Translations under genes and position numbers: made by a program
Source of the DNA: an uncultured virus (IMG/VR IMGVR_UViG_3300024255_000019)
Lineage: Duplodnaviria > Heunggongvirae > Uroviricota > Caudoviricetes
IMG/VR virus record: IMGVR_UViG_3300024255_000019
Length of the DNA: 64,000 nt
Direction: 5' to 3' (one strand)
In this document: piece after piece, positions 36,298 to 44,666 of the stretch
How positions within the stretch are numbered: the first letter of the stretch is position 1
Layout: each line of letters starts with the position of its first letter
The notes under the pieces: generated by a model
What the model saw: the letters and a program-made list of their open reading frames with translations, nothing else
Database searches by the model: none
Told to the model about the DNA's origin: nothing

Positions 36298-36630
36298 ATG
36301 GCTGATGAAGATAAGAAAGTAGAATCAAAAGCATATCACCCTGCTGATACTAACGGAGACGGAAAAGTCACTAAAGTTGAGCATGATATGTTTCTTGAGT
36401 TCAAAAGAAAAGAGCTCGAAGATGCTGATGCGATGCGAGATGCACAGCGTCAAATGGCATGGTTTTCATTATATGGAATGTTAGCATATCCTGTTTTAGT
36501 AATTGGCTCTAATGTAGTCGGTTATGAAAAAGCAGCTGATATCTTGGGTGACATGGCAGGAGTATATTTTATTGCTGTTGCTGGTATTGTTGCCGCGTTC
36601 TTTGGTGCACAAGCTATGATGAAGAAGTAG
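36298..36630 (+). CDS. EF-hand-like membrane protein
   Basis: DTNGDGKVTKVE loop and two TM segments. Confidence 0.75.
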   Translation: MADEDKKVESKAYHPADTNGDGKVTKVEHDMFLEFKRKELEDADAMRDAQRQMAWFSLYGMLAYPVLVIGSNVVGYEKAADILGDMAGVYFIAVAGIVAAFFGAQAMMKK

Positions 36631-36646
36631 ATTCATTTTACTTTCT

Positions 36647-36669
36647 AAAGGGACCGCAATGGTCCCTTT
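36647..36669. terminator. bidirectional terminator between convergent genes
   Basis: AAAGGGACC-GCAAT-GGTCCCTTT. Confidence 0.85.
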
Positions 36670-36672
36670 GTT

Positions 36673-36936
36673 TTATTTTTCTACAGAATGTAATGTTTCG
36701 ATTTTGACAGTGTCGTGATAGTCACCATCTGAAAAATCTCTGATCGCTGTTTCTTTATATAGATATCCGTTATGTACTCTATATGAAATTGCTTCTTTTC
36801 TAAATACGCCATCCATTTTGTTTAACGAGTTTTTGAAAGGTCCTTCGTTAAATGCATCAAATGGTTTAGTAGCATCATCAATTATTTTCTTTTTAACTGA
36901 TGTAAGTGTTTCGACGTTGTGTCCTTTATAGTTCAT
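36673..36936 (-). CDS. hypothetical protein
   Basis: Operon-packed ORF. Confidence 0.7.
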   Translation of the reverse strand: MNYKGHNVETLTSVKKKIIDDATKPFDAFNEGPFKNSLNKMDGVFRKEAISYRVHNGYLYKETAIRDFSDGDYHDTVKIETLHSVEK

Positions 36937-36937
36937 A

Positions 36938-37210
36938 TTATAATTCCCAATTCACGTGGCCAGATGGCATAAATGATTTAGTGAATCCTGCATCTACCAT
37001 CTGTTGTTCGACATAGGAATCACGTTCTAAGTCTGAGATTAAATCCCATCCAAATTCTGTACTACCAGGATTTTCTGATAGCCATTGTTGTTTTGCTTTT
37101 TCTAAACATTCCAATACTGTATTTTCTTGTGGGTCGTTATCGGAAAGTGGTTGTACTTCAATACCTGATGGCATTGTTACTGTGTTTGGTGTCCAAATTT
37201 CTTCGCTCAT
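36938..37210 (-). CDS. hypothetical protein
   Basis: ATGA overlap with the upstream gene. Confidence 0.65.
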   Translation of the reverse strand: MSEEIWTPNTVTMPSGIEVQPLSDNDPQENTVLECLEKAKQQWLSENPGSTEFGWDLISDLERDSYVEQQMVDAGFTKSFMPSGHVNWEL

Positions 37211-37887
37211 CTTAATCCTAGCATTTTGTAGTTAACTTGATAATATCCATTAGAATTCATTACGATAGCTTCTGGCATATATTCCTTGACTTCTTGTGCA
37301 AGTACTCCAGATGATATTCCTCTTACTCCAAGAGAATTTGCTAATTCGTTCCATTCCCAAGTATATGTTCTGTGACCATTAACATCACCGACATATTTGA
37401 TATTTGTTTTAAGTCTTTGGTCAGACCAGATAATCCAATAATATCCAAGAGTTGTTCTGTATCCACTCACTCCGTTATGAGCTTGCATAAAGTAGTATCT
37501 TGTTCCACCAAACCATCTCATAACATTAGCCGTAGACCAAGCACTTGAAAATTGTGATGGATAACTTGTAGATGTAGTGTTACCGTAATAGTATGTTGAA
37601 GTTCCTATTGGTCTACCATAATCTGTTGTTGTATATGGTGGAAGTGTTGGATTAAAACGAATATACCATCCACTTGAGTAGAACCAATACGAAATACGTT
37701 CTGGGCCGGGTCTTTGATTAAATCTTGGTCGACCACGAACTCTATGAGAATTACTATCTGACATAGAACCCCAAGCCCACGAACCATCGCGGCTTCGGTA
37801 TTCTGAATTATAGATAGGATTTGTTCCACCATAGTATTGCTGAAGCTCTGAATAGTATTGTGGATTTCCTGACCTTGTTGATGGCAT
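37207..37887 (-). CDS. tail fibre/adhesin-like protein with C-terminal intramolecular chaperone (peptidase S74-like)
   Basis: WSDQRLKTNI...GVLAQEV...PEAI...YYQVNY. Confidence 0.85.
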   Translation of the reverse strand: MPSTRSGNPQYYSELQQYYGGTNPIYNSEYRSRDGSWAWGSMSDSNSHRVRGRPRFNQRPGPERISYWFYSSGWYIRFNPTLPPYTTTDYGRPIGTSTYYYGNTTSTSYPSQFSSAWSTANVMRWFGGTRYYFMQAHNGVSGYRTTLGYYWIIWSDQRLKTNIKYVGDVNGHRTYTWEWNELANSLGVRGISSGVLAQEVKEYMPEAIVMNSNGYYQVNYKMLGLR

Positions 37888-38426
37888 TAGCTTGACCTTA
37901 TTTCTATATCTTTACGATAGTGCTGGGGTGCATCAATCTCTACTATAGCAGGACAAGTCACTGTGATTGTCTCTGTAGTATTAACTAATTCGTTGTTAAC
38001 CCATATATAAGAGTCATCTGTTGGAATGTCTGAGATGGTCACTGATGTATTAGCAGGTACGGTAATTTCACTAAAGTCATTAAATAAAACTAATGTTGGT
38101 TCGTCTTCTGCGTCTGCTCTACCTATAGTTACAGGTAATCCAGTTTCTGGGTCTGCAATACCAGCGATTTCAGTATTAGAAAAGAAATCTTTATCTACTG
38201 CTGTATGCGAATAGGTTAAACTCACTTCAGTTTTATCCATTATTGTATTAGCAGAAAAATCCCACCATTTTGTTTCATTGGTAAGTTCATTACCATCTGG
38301 TATTCTAACAACATGAAAGTTGGTATTGGCAATAGACCAATCTCCAAATGCTTCAATGTTATCATCGTTCATGCCTTCGAGTGCACTGTCGATTCTACCT
38401 GATTGTGTGTTTGCTACAAAATACAT
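37887..38426 (-). CDS. putative tail-associated protein
   Basis: Acidic, beta-rich; coupled to the S74-type gene. Confidence 0.6.
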   Translation of the reverse strand: MYFVANTQSGRIDSALEGMNDDNIEAFGDWSIANTNFHVVRIPDGNELTNETKWWDFSANTIMDKTEVSLTYSHTAVDKDFFSNTEIAGIADPETGLPVTIGRADAEDEPTLVLFNDFSEITVPANTSVTISDIPTDDSYIWVNNELVNTTETITVTCPAIVEIDAPQHYRKDIEIRSS

Positions 38427-38599
38427 TATTCTTTATCAGACTCTTGTTGTATTAACTCTTTAACTTTATCGAGCTTATACCACAGTCCACTATACATGGT
38501 TTCTCTACCATCAGCATGAACTGCAATATATCTTTTATAGCCGTAAGGTCTTTCAGAAAATAATCTAATACCTTTATAACTATACTCGAATAATCTCAT
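38426..38599 (-). CDS. hypothetical protein (57 aa)
   Basis: Translated by hand (MRLFEYSYKGIRLFSERPYGYKRY...); fills the gap between ORFs. Confidence 0.6.
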   Translation of the reverse strand: MRLFEYSYKGIRLFSERPYGYKRYIAVHADGRETMYSGLWYKLDKVKELIQQESDKE

Positions 38600-38608
38600 A
38601 GCTATTTA

Positions 38609-38815
38609 TTAATCAATTAACAATTGAATTAAGCCTGAGTTCCAATTTTCTGCAACATCGTTTGCATAGGATTGACTTTTACCTGGTAACTTACGAGACT
38701 CTACGACTCTTCCGTTCTCAATTAAGTCAACTACATACATGGAATCTGGTCCACTGCTTCCACTTGCGTTATCGCCTTGAACTGTTTCTCTACGAATTGA
38801 ACTACTTCTACTCAC
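38609..38815 (-). CDS. hypothetical protein
   Basis: KSQSYANDVAENW motif; GTG start. Confidence 0.65.
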   Translation of the reverse strand: MSRSSSIRRETVQGDNASGSSGPDSMYVVDLIENGRVVESRKLPGKSQSYANDVAENWNSGLIQLLID

Positions 38816-39071
38816 CTAATACCTCCCAACCTTCTACGGTATCTAATCTAAATGATCGCCATGCGTCTTTATCTAATGCCCATACTGGAAACGCTTCAGT
38901 GTCTGTACCTTGTACATTGACTTTATTCGTTACTCCATTGGCTTCTAATACTACTGGGTTAAGAGTGCATGGCATTACTCTCAACTCACCAGTGTCAATT
39001 TTACGAAAAGATACAGTTACTGTTCCTTTCTTTAATGCTTCTAGCAAATTACCTTTTTCACTTTGGTTCAT
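38808..39071 (-). CDS. SH3/WYL_2-like small protein
   Basis: VTVSFRKIDTGELRVMPCTL...WRSFRLD; start moved to MNQSEK. Confidence 0.8.
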   Translation of the reverse strand: MNQSEKGNLLEALKKGTVTVSFRKIDTGELRVMPCTLNPVVLEANGVTNKVNVQGTDTEAFPVWALDKDAWRSFRLDTVEGWEVLGE

Positions 39072-39087
39072 AATATTTCCTCTAAAT

Positions 39088-39164
39088 TGGCCTCCCCTGA
39101 GAGATTCGAACTCCCGACCGCCTGGTTCGTAGCCAGGTACTCTATCCAGCTGAGCTAAGGAGAG
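39088..39164 (-). tRNA. tRNA-Arg(ACG)
   Basis: Full cloverleaf; anticodon arm CCTGG-CTACGAA-CCAGG; TTCGAAT T-loop; encoded CCA. Confidence 0.96.
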
Positions 39165-39179
39165 ATGTTGTAATATGTT

Positions 39180-39208
39180 ATTATAACACGTTTGCTTTAA
39201 TTTGTCAA
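39180..39208 (-). promoter_or_regulatory. sigma70-type promoter for tRNA-Arg
   Basis: TTGACA, 17 bp, TATAAT. Confidence 0.85.
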
Positions 39209-39493
39209 CCCCAAAAGAGATTGCCACCAGTTAAGCCAAAATAAGCCGTGGTCTTTCATAATACCCACAGCCAAAAATGACCATCCTACTCCGTTTAAAA
39301 GTATTAGTGCTCTGTCTTCCCATAAGATGGAAACCCACATCCACAATCCAATACCAATAAAACTAAAATATAAATCTAATAAATGGTAATCTTGACCAGA
39401 TGAGCGGAATATAATAGCAGATAAAACAAAGAAACTTGCTACCCACTTAATATACCAATCTAATTTCTTTTCACCACGTTCACTACGTATCAT
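39197..39493 (-). CDS. three-TM membrane protein (paralog of the next gene)
   Basis: WYIKWVAS...W.DRALILLN. Confidence 0.75.
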   Translation of the reverse strand: MIRSERGEKKLDWYIKWVASFFVLSAIIFRSSGQDYHLLDLYFSFIGIGLWMWVSILWEDRALILLNGVGWSFLAVGIMKDHGLFWLNWWQSLLGLTN

Positions 39494-39888
39494 TTTATAA
39501 GCTCCGCTAAATTCATCAGTACTGCTGTACCAGTGATTGCACTACCAATCATAATTGCTTTATCATTCCAACATTGACCAACATATACCCAAGCGATCGA
39601 GCTCAATGCATATGCTATTTTACCTTCTGTCATAAACCCTGCACTTTGTAGAAATACGCCAACGACAGCAAAAATTGTTGCTATCCATTTAACATAACTA
39701 TCTAATCCACCTGTTGGTGTACTAGGTGCAAATGTATCTACCTGTTCTTGAAGTTCTTCCATTTCAGCACGAAGGCGACTACGTTCAGCATTGAGCTCCA
39801 TAGCCAACTTTCCAGCTTTAGACATTGTACTTTCTTTGTACTGTTCTTTAACTTCTTTTTTCATAGCAAGGACCGGGTCAGAAACCAT
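39490..39888 (-). CDS. coiled coil plus three-TM membrane protein
   Basis: YVKWIAT...WNDKAIMIGS. Confidence 0.75.
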   Translation of the reverse strand: MVSDPVLAMKKEVKEQYKESTMSKAGKLAMELNAERSRLRAEMEELQEQVDTFAPSTPTGGLDSYVKWIATIFAVVGVFLQSAGFMTEGKIAYALSSIAWVYVGQCWNDKAIMIGSAITGTAVLMNLAELIK

Positions 39889-40073
39889 TAAGTTAATGAT
39901 TCCGTATTTGTAATATGTTCTGTTGGTATATCAACTATAATACCATCAAGTCTTCGCACGAATGTTGTCGAGTCACTGACTTCGTTTATTGTTCCAATTA
40001 CTTCTAATACAACACCTTCTTTAATTGGGTGATTGTAAGTAATCTTTTTTCTTCCTGCTGTTTCTGTACTCAT
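39888..40073 (-). CDS. hypothetical protein
   Basis: Start moved to MSTETAG; GAGG RBS. Confidence 0.65.
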   Translation of the reverse strand: MSTETAGRKKITYNHPIKEGVVLEVIGTINEVSDSTTFVRRLDGIIVDIPTEHITNTESLT

Positions 40074-40783
40074 TTTGTTTCCTCTTTTAAATATTCCATT
40101 GTTTCGTTCCAATCTTTTACATTGAATGTTTTACCATAATGACCGAGTTTAATCATCATTGCCAATGGATAATCGTTACCGCCGTGTTGACATTTATCTC
40201 CGTAGAAATATAATTCGTATTCTTCATTTAAATCATTAGCGATAATACTTTTGTTTAGCCCTTTCGGGTATATATCAATGGAAATTTGACCACCAATAGA
40301 TGTCTGTAAATCTTTAAACTGTTTCTCAATAAGGCCTGATAATGCTTTACGCTCATTGTGTACAGCGTCCCATTTAGCATATTCTTCTCTTTGATGTTGA
40401 GTACAATCACGACCAACAGTACTTAAATTAAGCATTCCTGTACGAACTTCAAGATGATTACCAGTTTTAATAGGATATCTTGAGTGGTGTATCATGTTTT
40501 CTAAATAATGTTTAATCTCGTATGATGGCTTCCAATCGTGATTTCTCACTCTTCGATTACCTTCCCATACTTCACCACCACTACATTGGTACACAGCTTT
40601 ACAAGCTTCGTAAATTTCAAAGCCTACTTGTTCAAATGTTTTTGGTCTATCAGAACCTGTTATGAGATAAACAGTATGCTCTTTTGCAAAAGCTAAAAAG
40701 AGTTCTTTAAATTCGGCATCCATAACACCTCTACTAGGAGTTAACGTACCATCTACATCAAATATATAAGCTTTTTCTTTCAT
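40070..40783 (-). CDS. HAD-IIB phosphomannomutase-like enzyme
   Basis: FDVDGTLT, ITGSD, GGQISIDI, YFYGDKCQHGGNDYP. Confidence 0.88.
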   Translation of the reverse strand: MKEKAYIFDVDGTLTPSRGVMDAEFKELFLAFAKEHTVYLITGSDRPKTFEQVGFEIYEACKAVYQCSGGEVWEGNRRVRNHDWKPSYEIKHYLENMIHHSRYPIKTGNHLEVRTGMLNLSTVGRDCTQHQREEYAKWDAVHNERKALSGLIEKQFKDLQTSIGGQISIDIYPKGLNKSIIANDLNEEYELYFYGDKCQHGGNDYPLAMMIKLGHYGKTFNVKDWNETMEYLKEETK

Positions 40784-40795
40784 AATCTATCTCAG

Positions 40796-40867
40796 TGGTG
40801 GAGCATGTAGGTTCTGCCCCTACAGAATCTTTTATTGCAAATAAGAGATTGGCCCTAGCCGTGCCCC
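40796..40867 (-). ncRNA. 72-nt tRNA-Ala-like / tmRNA tRNA-like-domain RNA
   Basis: GGGGCAC/ATGCTCC acceptor with G3-U70, A73 and CCA; T-arm GTAGG-GGCAGAA-CCTAC; long arm with TGC at the loop centre; no canonical D-arm. Confidence 0.8.
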
Positions 40868-40975
40868 ATGTTTTAAATATCCTTTTTTCATAGCCTTCTT
40901 GCGATCAGTATGCGTAGCAGGTTTATTGAACTTATTACAGTTCTTCGCTACTGGATTTAATTTGTTCCTTTCCAT
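40832..40975 (-). CDS. small basic protein (NPVAK...HTDRKK motif)
   Basis: Recurrent phage motif; its 3' end overlaps the tRNA-like RNA. Confidence 0.6.
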   Translation of the reverse strand: MERNKLNPVAKNCNKFNKPATHTDRKKAMKKGYLKHGARLGPISYLQ

Positions 40976-41114
40976 GTTTTCTAAACCTTTTGTTATATTG
41001 TCTTTTAATCTTCTTAACAACACCTGACCTATCTAGATATTTATAAAACTTACGAGCTGTTGTAAAGGCGTCATATTCGTCACCACCCTTCATTGGAATC
41101 TTTTTATCAGTCAT
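40935..41114 (-). CDS. small basic protein (59 aa)
   Basis: Translated by hand: MTDKKIPMKGGDEYDAFTTARKFYKYLDRSGVVKKIKRQYNKRFRK... Confidence 0.7.
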   Translation of the reverse strand: MTDKKIPMKGGDEYDAFTTARKFYKYLDRSGVVKKIKRQYNKRFRKHGKEQIKSSSEEL

Positions 41115-41316
41115 AAGCTTCTATACAAAGAGATTCTTTCTCACTAAAAGAATATCCCATTGCCTTCATGAAAGTTTCAAATATTTCAACCATGTCATCA
41201 CGTGATAAGTCTTTTTGCATCACATCAATAGTAACACGAGTATTAACAGAAGAGCTATGTTCGTAAGGATTACATATCAACTGAATGTATGGTTTTTCTG
41301 TAGCAGTTGCTTTCAA
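41107..41316 (-). CDS. hypothetical protein
   Basis: FETFMKAMGYSF motif; TTG start. Confidence 0.65.
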   Translation of the reverse strand: MKATATEKPYIQLICNPYEHSSSVNTRVTIDVMQKDLSRDDMVEIFETFMKAMGYSFSEKESLCIEAYD

Positions 41317-41339
41317 TGTTTCTTTCCTATCTCTAAAAG

Positions 41340-41426
41340 TGGTACCTCGAGCCGGACTTGAACCGGCAAGGCATTTCTGCCGAGGGATTTTAAGTCCCTT
41401 GTGTTTACCAATTTCACCACCGAGGC
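41340..41426 (-). tRNA. tRNA-Leu(TAA)
   Basis: AGGGA-CTTAAAA-TCCCT anticodon arm, long variable arm, CCA. Confidence 0.96.
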
Positions 41427-41432
41427 ATTAAT

Positions 41433-41508
41433 TGGCGCGCCTGGGAGGATTCGAACCTCCGACCAATAGCTTAGAAGGCTACTGCTCTATCCACTGAGCT
41501 ACAAGCGC
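41433..41508 (-). tRNA. tRNA-Arg(TCT)
   Basis: GTAGC-CTTCTAA-GCTAT anticodon arm, TTCGAAT, CCA. Confidence 0.96.
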
Positions 41509-41520
41509 GTTATTTGATAA

Positions 41521-41751
41521 CTAACTTAAGTAGTCTGCTAATTTTGGTCTATCTCTTCCGAACTCATCTTTAGGTGTAAACACAAAATTAGAGTAGTCCC
41601 TATACATTTCTAAGAATAAAGGAATCTCTTGAGCTATCGCTTGGATACGCTTAGATTCCTTACTACCCTTTTCCCACGCACGATGGTCGTCACTATAGTG
41701 ATAATACCAATCGTGCTTTTCCAACAATTTAAAAAATTCTGATGGTGACAT
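41521..41751 (-). CDS. hypothetical protein
   Basis: HDWYYHYSDDHRAWEKG motif, common in phage early proteins. Confidence 0.75.
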   Translation of the reverse strand: MSPSEFFKLLEKHDWYYHYSDDHRAWEKGSKESKRIQAIAQEIPLFLEMYRDYSNFVFTPKDEFGRDRPKLADYLS

Positions 41752-42170
41752 TAGCTATTTAAATCCTTCTCAAACTGTAGTACCATTTTGTTTTGTAAGC
41801 GTCGGGCTTCCTTTTCCCAAGGTTGGTCCCAATACTCTGTGTCTGTGTGGTCCCTACCTTTCCAATGCTGTAGTGAACTTGATAGTTCGCCACGAGCAAA
41901 TTGTTTGACGTGTACCATTTCGTGAGCAAGAGTTGATAACCAATTGCCATATAGACCAACATCGACAATAAAGTTACGAGTGTCGACAGATTCACAAAGA
42001 CCTTCAGAACTGTTTTCAACAAAAAGTTTATGGTGAAACTTTACGTGAATATTTGTTTTAAGCCTTGAGATTCCAAGCTGTTTTGAAAATGAATCAATAG
42101 CTATTAAAGCCATTGCATGAAGGTCATTTGGTACATTGCCACCACGAGGGCCGGTTATATCTACAATCAT
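41751..42170 (-). CDS. HExxH metallopeptidase-like protein
   Basis: TLAHEMVHVKQ...PWEKEA. Confidence 0.8.
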   Translation of the reverse strand: MIVDITGPRGGNVPNDLHAMALIAIDSFSKQLGISRLKTNIHVKFHHKLFVENSSEGLCESVDTRNFIVDVGLYGNWLSTLAHEMVHVKQFARGELSSSLQHWKGRDHTDTEYWDQPWEKEARRLQNKMVLQFEKDLNS

Positions 42171-42320
42171 TATATATTCCTAAGCAAATATTGCAATCAA
42201 AAGGATTAGTGTTAAAATAGTAAATGCATATTTGTACATTATTTCTAATCCTACTATAATAGTTTTTACAGCTAACACAGTAAAGAAAACTGTGATTAAG
42301 AAGTAAGCTATTAATTCCAT

Positions 42321-42560
42321 TTAGTATGTATCGCTAAAACCAGGTTTTTGCTCATACCCAATCTCAAGAGATGGATTGAACTTATCCTCAGCATAATACA
42401 AATCAAACGGTTGTTTGTCACGAGCTAAATTGTCTGCAGCTCGTTCGTTCTTAGCATTTTCTTTCATTGCTTGAAACTTTTCGTGAGAAGCTTCTCTATC
42501 CATTTGCTTCTTAATAGCTTTAAGCTCTTTCATTACAGCTTTATAAGATTTGTTTGACAT
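42321..42560 (-). CDS. hypothetical early protein
   Basis: GGAGG RBS; operon-packed. Confidence 0.7.
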   Translation of the reverse strand: MSNKSYKAVMKELKAIKKQMDREASHEKFQAMKENAKNERAADNLARDKQPFDLYYAEDKFNPSLEIGYEQKPGFSDTY

Positions 42561-42895
42561 TATGCTACCTCCCAGAGTCTTTCGTTAAATGCTTCTTTTA
42601 AGTAAACACTTGCAAGAACATTACGGCCACCAATGTGCCATTCATATCTTGGATTAGTTTTACATTCTAAGCCACCATCATAATCTTTCCAATTATAGAT
42701 TGTGACATCTTGCTCTTCGTTAAAGTCTGGCTCTGTGATTTTAAGATTCCACTCAACATCGACTTTTCCGTCGCCTGATGTTTCAGTGTATTGTGGTTCG
42801 CCGAAACAATCGACGAGGTCTTCGTAAGAAGCTGTGAGTTCGCCCTGTAAAGATGTTCCAGAGCTTGAGAAATTTTCTTTCACTTTATAATTCAT
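42560..42895 (-). CDS. hypothetical early protein
   Basis: GTSLQG...FGEP...DGKVDVEW...TIYNWK...WHIGG, a recurrent phage family. Confidence 0.8.
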   Translation of the reverse strand: MNYKVKENFSSSGTSLQGELTASYEDLVDCFGEPQYTETSGDGKVDVEWNLKITEPDFNEEQDVTIYNWKDYDGGLECKTNPRYEWHIGGRNVLASVYLKEAFNERLWEVA

Positions 42896-42930
42896 AATAT
42901 AGTTTCCTTTTCCATTAATTTATGAGTACT

Positions 42931-42959
42931 ATTATAACCTGTTTGTTTGCATTTGTCAA
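42931..42959 (-). promoter_or_regulatory. early promoter
   Basis: GGGTTGACAAA, 17 bp spacer, TATAAT. Confidence 0.85.
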
Positions 42960-42998
42960 CCCTTTTCGTTATAATAGTTTGTTATAAGGATATAACTT

Positions 42999-43211
42999 TT
43001 AATTCCTTTTGAGAATGTCTCGAGTCAATCCACCAAATGCCCAACAGAAATAGAGGAACAAAGGAGTAGCAATCATTAACCTGATGCTATCTTTTGTCAT
43101 GTTAACCAATTCCATAAAGTAAATTAGCCCAGCGAATGTAGCTGCAATTCCTGCTACAAGTGCAATTCCAAATCCAATGTCTTTCGACGCTTCAAATAGT
43201 TTGTTTTTCAT
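42999..43211 (-). CDS. small two-TM membrane protein
   Basis: Start moved to MKNKLF; GGAG RBS. Confidence 0.7.
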   Translation of the reverse strand: MKNKLFEASKDIGFGIALVAGIAATFAGLIYFMELVNMTKDSIRLMIATPLFLYFCWAFGGLTRDILKRN

Positions 43212-43212
43212 T

Positions 43213-43377
43213 TTAAACTCCGTGAGTAATGTGAGTGTATGCGTCCTCACAATCGTTTATTAATTCACCGCACATACAGGTGCTTTCTTCTTCAACTGAG
43301 GGTGCTCCAACTGCAGCTCTAATTTCTGCTTCTGTTGCACCTTCCTTTAAACCAAATTCTTTGTAATAATCAACCAT
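43213..43377 (-). CDS. small Cys/His protein
   Basis: CMCG...C..AYTHITHG; GGAGG RBS. Confidence 0.7.
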   Translation of the reverse strand: MVDYYKEFGLKEGATEAEIRAAVGAPSVEEESTCMCGELINDCEDAYTHITHGV

Positions 43378-43561
43378 GTAGCCCTCCTTGTAGCTCAAAC
43401 CTTTGTTGAACTAACTCTTCGATGAGTTGGTCCCTTGCATTGGTTCTAATTGCTAATGCTCTCCACGGCTGACCGAGTTCGTTTGCTATTTGAGCGTTTG
43501 ACATCTCGCAGACTTCATCTACAATTGACATCTTTGCCCATTCATTTGTTGTGTTGCTCAT
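43370..43561 (-). CDS. hypothetical early protein
   Basis: Start moved to MSNTTNE; AAGGAG RBS. Confidence 0.7.
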   Translation of the reverse strand: MSNTTNEWAKMSIVDEVCEMSNAQIANELGQPWRALAIRTNARDQLIEELVQQRFELQGGLHG

Positions 43562-43581
43562 AATATTCTCCTTTTCCTTTA

Positions 43582-43899
43582 TTAAGCTACTTGAGTAGAT
43601 TCTATCCACACCCATTTCCATGGTTCGTGGCATCCGCTCACTCCGATTGCAGAGTTGTCACATCCTCTGCCGTCTGACCAAATTTCCAAAGATATGTCGT
43701 CAAACATATTTTCAGTGAGTTTAACTTCTGGATAACGCTCATCTGAAAAGACGTCGCCTCCAGCATACTCGAAATCGATTGTTGATGGTCTTACAACCAT
43801 GTGGTCTTTGCTAAGCTTGTTAATTAAAGCTTGAACTCTTTGACCTTGTTCGTTCTTATAAAGAACTGTGTCACCGGTTTCTATCATGTCGTTTCTCAT
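43582..43899 (-). CDS. hypothetical early protein
   Basis: First gene below an early promoter. Confidence 0.7.
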   Translation of the reverse strand: MRNDMIETGDTVLYKNEQGQRVQALINKLSKDHMVVRPSTIDFEYAGGDVFSDERYPEVKLTENMFDDISLEIWSDGRGCDNSAIGVSGCHEPWKWVWIESTQVA

Positions 43900-43934
43900 A
43901 TTTTTTCCTTTTTCCATTTGGTTAATATAGGTCT

Positions 43935-43963
43935 ATTGTACACCGTTTTGTATCGTTTGTCAA
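43935..43963 (-). promoter_or_regulatory. early promoter
   Basis: GGGTTGACAAA, 17 bp spacer, TACAAT. Confidence 0.8.
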
Positions 43964-43982
43964 CCCTTTTTGTGAAAAAAGT

Positions 43983-44657
43983 TTAATTATTTTCAACAAA
44001 GTCATTAGCCATAGGAAAAATCGTTGAAATCACAGAGGCTACTTCTTTCGCGATATCCATGTGCTCAAGCTGAGTACCGTTACCAGAACGGAGCTCAATA
44101 AAATGAATCCAACTACGAAGGGTACCATTAACATACATACGAGAAATGGTGTTACCTTCTGGAAGTACTGCTCTAGCTTGTTCTTTTGCGATGCCATTGT
44201 CTATTGCCCACTTATATGCTGTTGTTGCTTCGTCGATAACTCTTTGTTGTACTTGATACCAACGATCTTGCAATCCACCTTGGTATTCATCAAGTCGGTC
44301 TATCTCAATAGAATTCTGTCTGTTCTTAAGGTCTTGTAAACGAGCATCTCGTACTTCAAATGCTAAATCAGTAGTAGGGTCTGCATAGCGTTGACTAAAC
44401 TCTTGGAATGAGAAAGAACGATGTCGTAGGATTTGGCGAGCAATATCACGAGTCGTTTCAATTTCAATACAAGCTGATACCATTTCTAAGGGTGACCAAT
44501 GCTTGTGTTTAATAAGGTACTTAACGAGCTTTTCATTTGTTTCCTTATTAGATTGATTAGATGGATTACTCACACGAGCACAATAGGCTATTAAATCAAG
44601 AGCTGAATCATTAGCTGCATGAGGAGCTTGAGAGTGAGAGATGAGTTTTACTTTCAT
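43983..44657 (-). CDS. thyX: flavin-dependent thymidylate synthase
   Basis: HWSPLE; RHRSFSFQEFSQRY ThyX motif. Confidence 0.96.
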   Translation of the reverse strand: MKVKLISHSQAPHAANDSALDLIAYCARVSNPSNQSNKETNEKLVKYLIKHKHWSPLEMVSACIEIETTRDIARQILRHRSFSFQEFSQRYADPTTDLAFEVRDARLQDLKNRQNSIEIDRLDEYQGGLQDRWYQVQQRVIDEATTAYKWAIDNGIAKEQARAVLPEGNTISRMYVNGTLRSWIHFIELRSGNGTQLEHMDIAKEVASVISTIFPMANDFVENN

Positions 44658-44666
44658 GTTGTTTCC

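Noticed and set aside
37207..37887. Diversity-generating retroelement target
   Set aside because: No template repeat or reverse transcriptase seen in the window.
40700..41000. Full-length or permuted two-piece tmRNA
   Set aside because: The 5' and 3' acceptor strands are only 72 nt apart in standard order, the flanks are protein-coding, and no tag reading frame was found.
41038..41045. Late promoter TATAAATA upstream of the tRNA-like RNA
   Set aside because: It lies inside a credible 59-aa ORF and may be a chance match in AT-rich DNA, so it was not listed as a feature.
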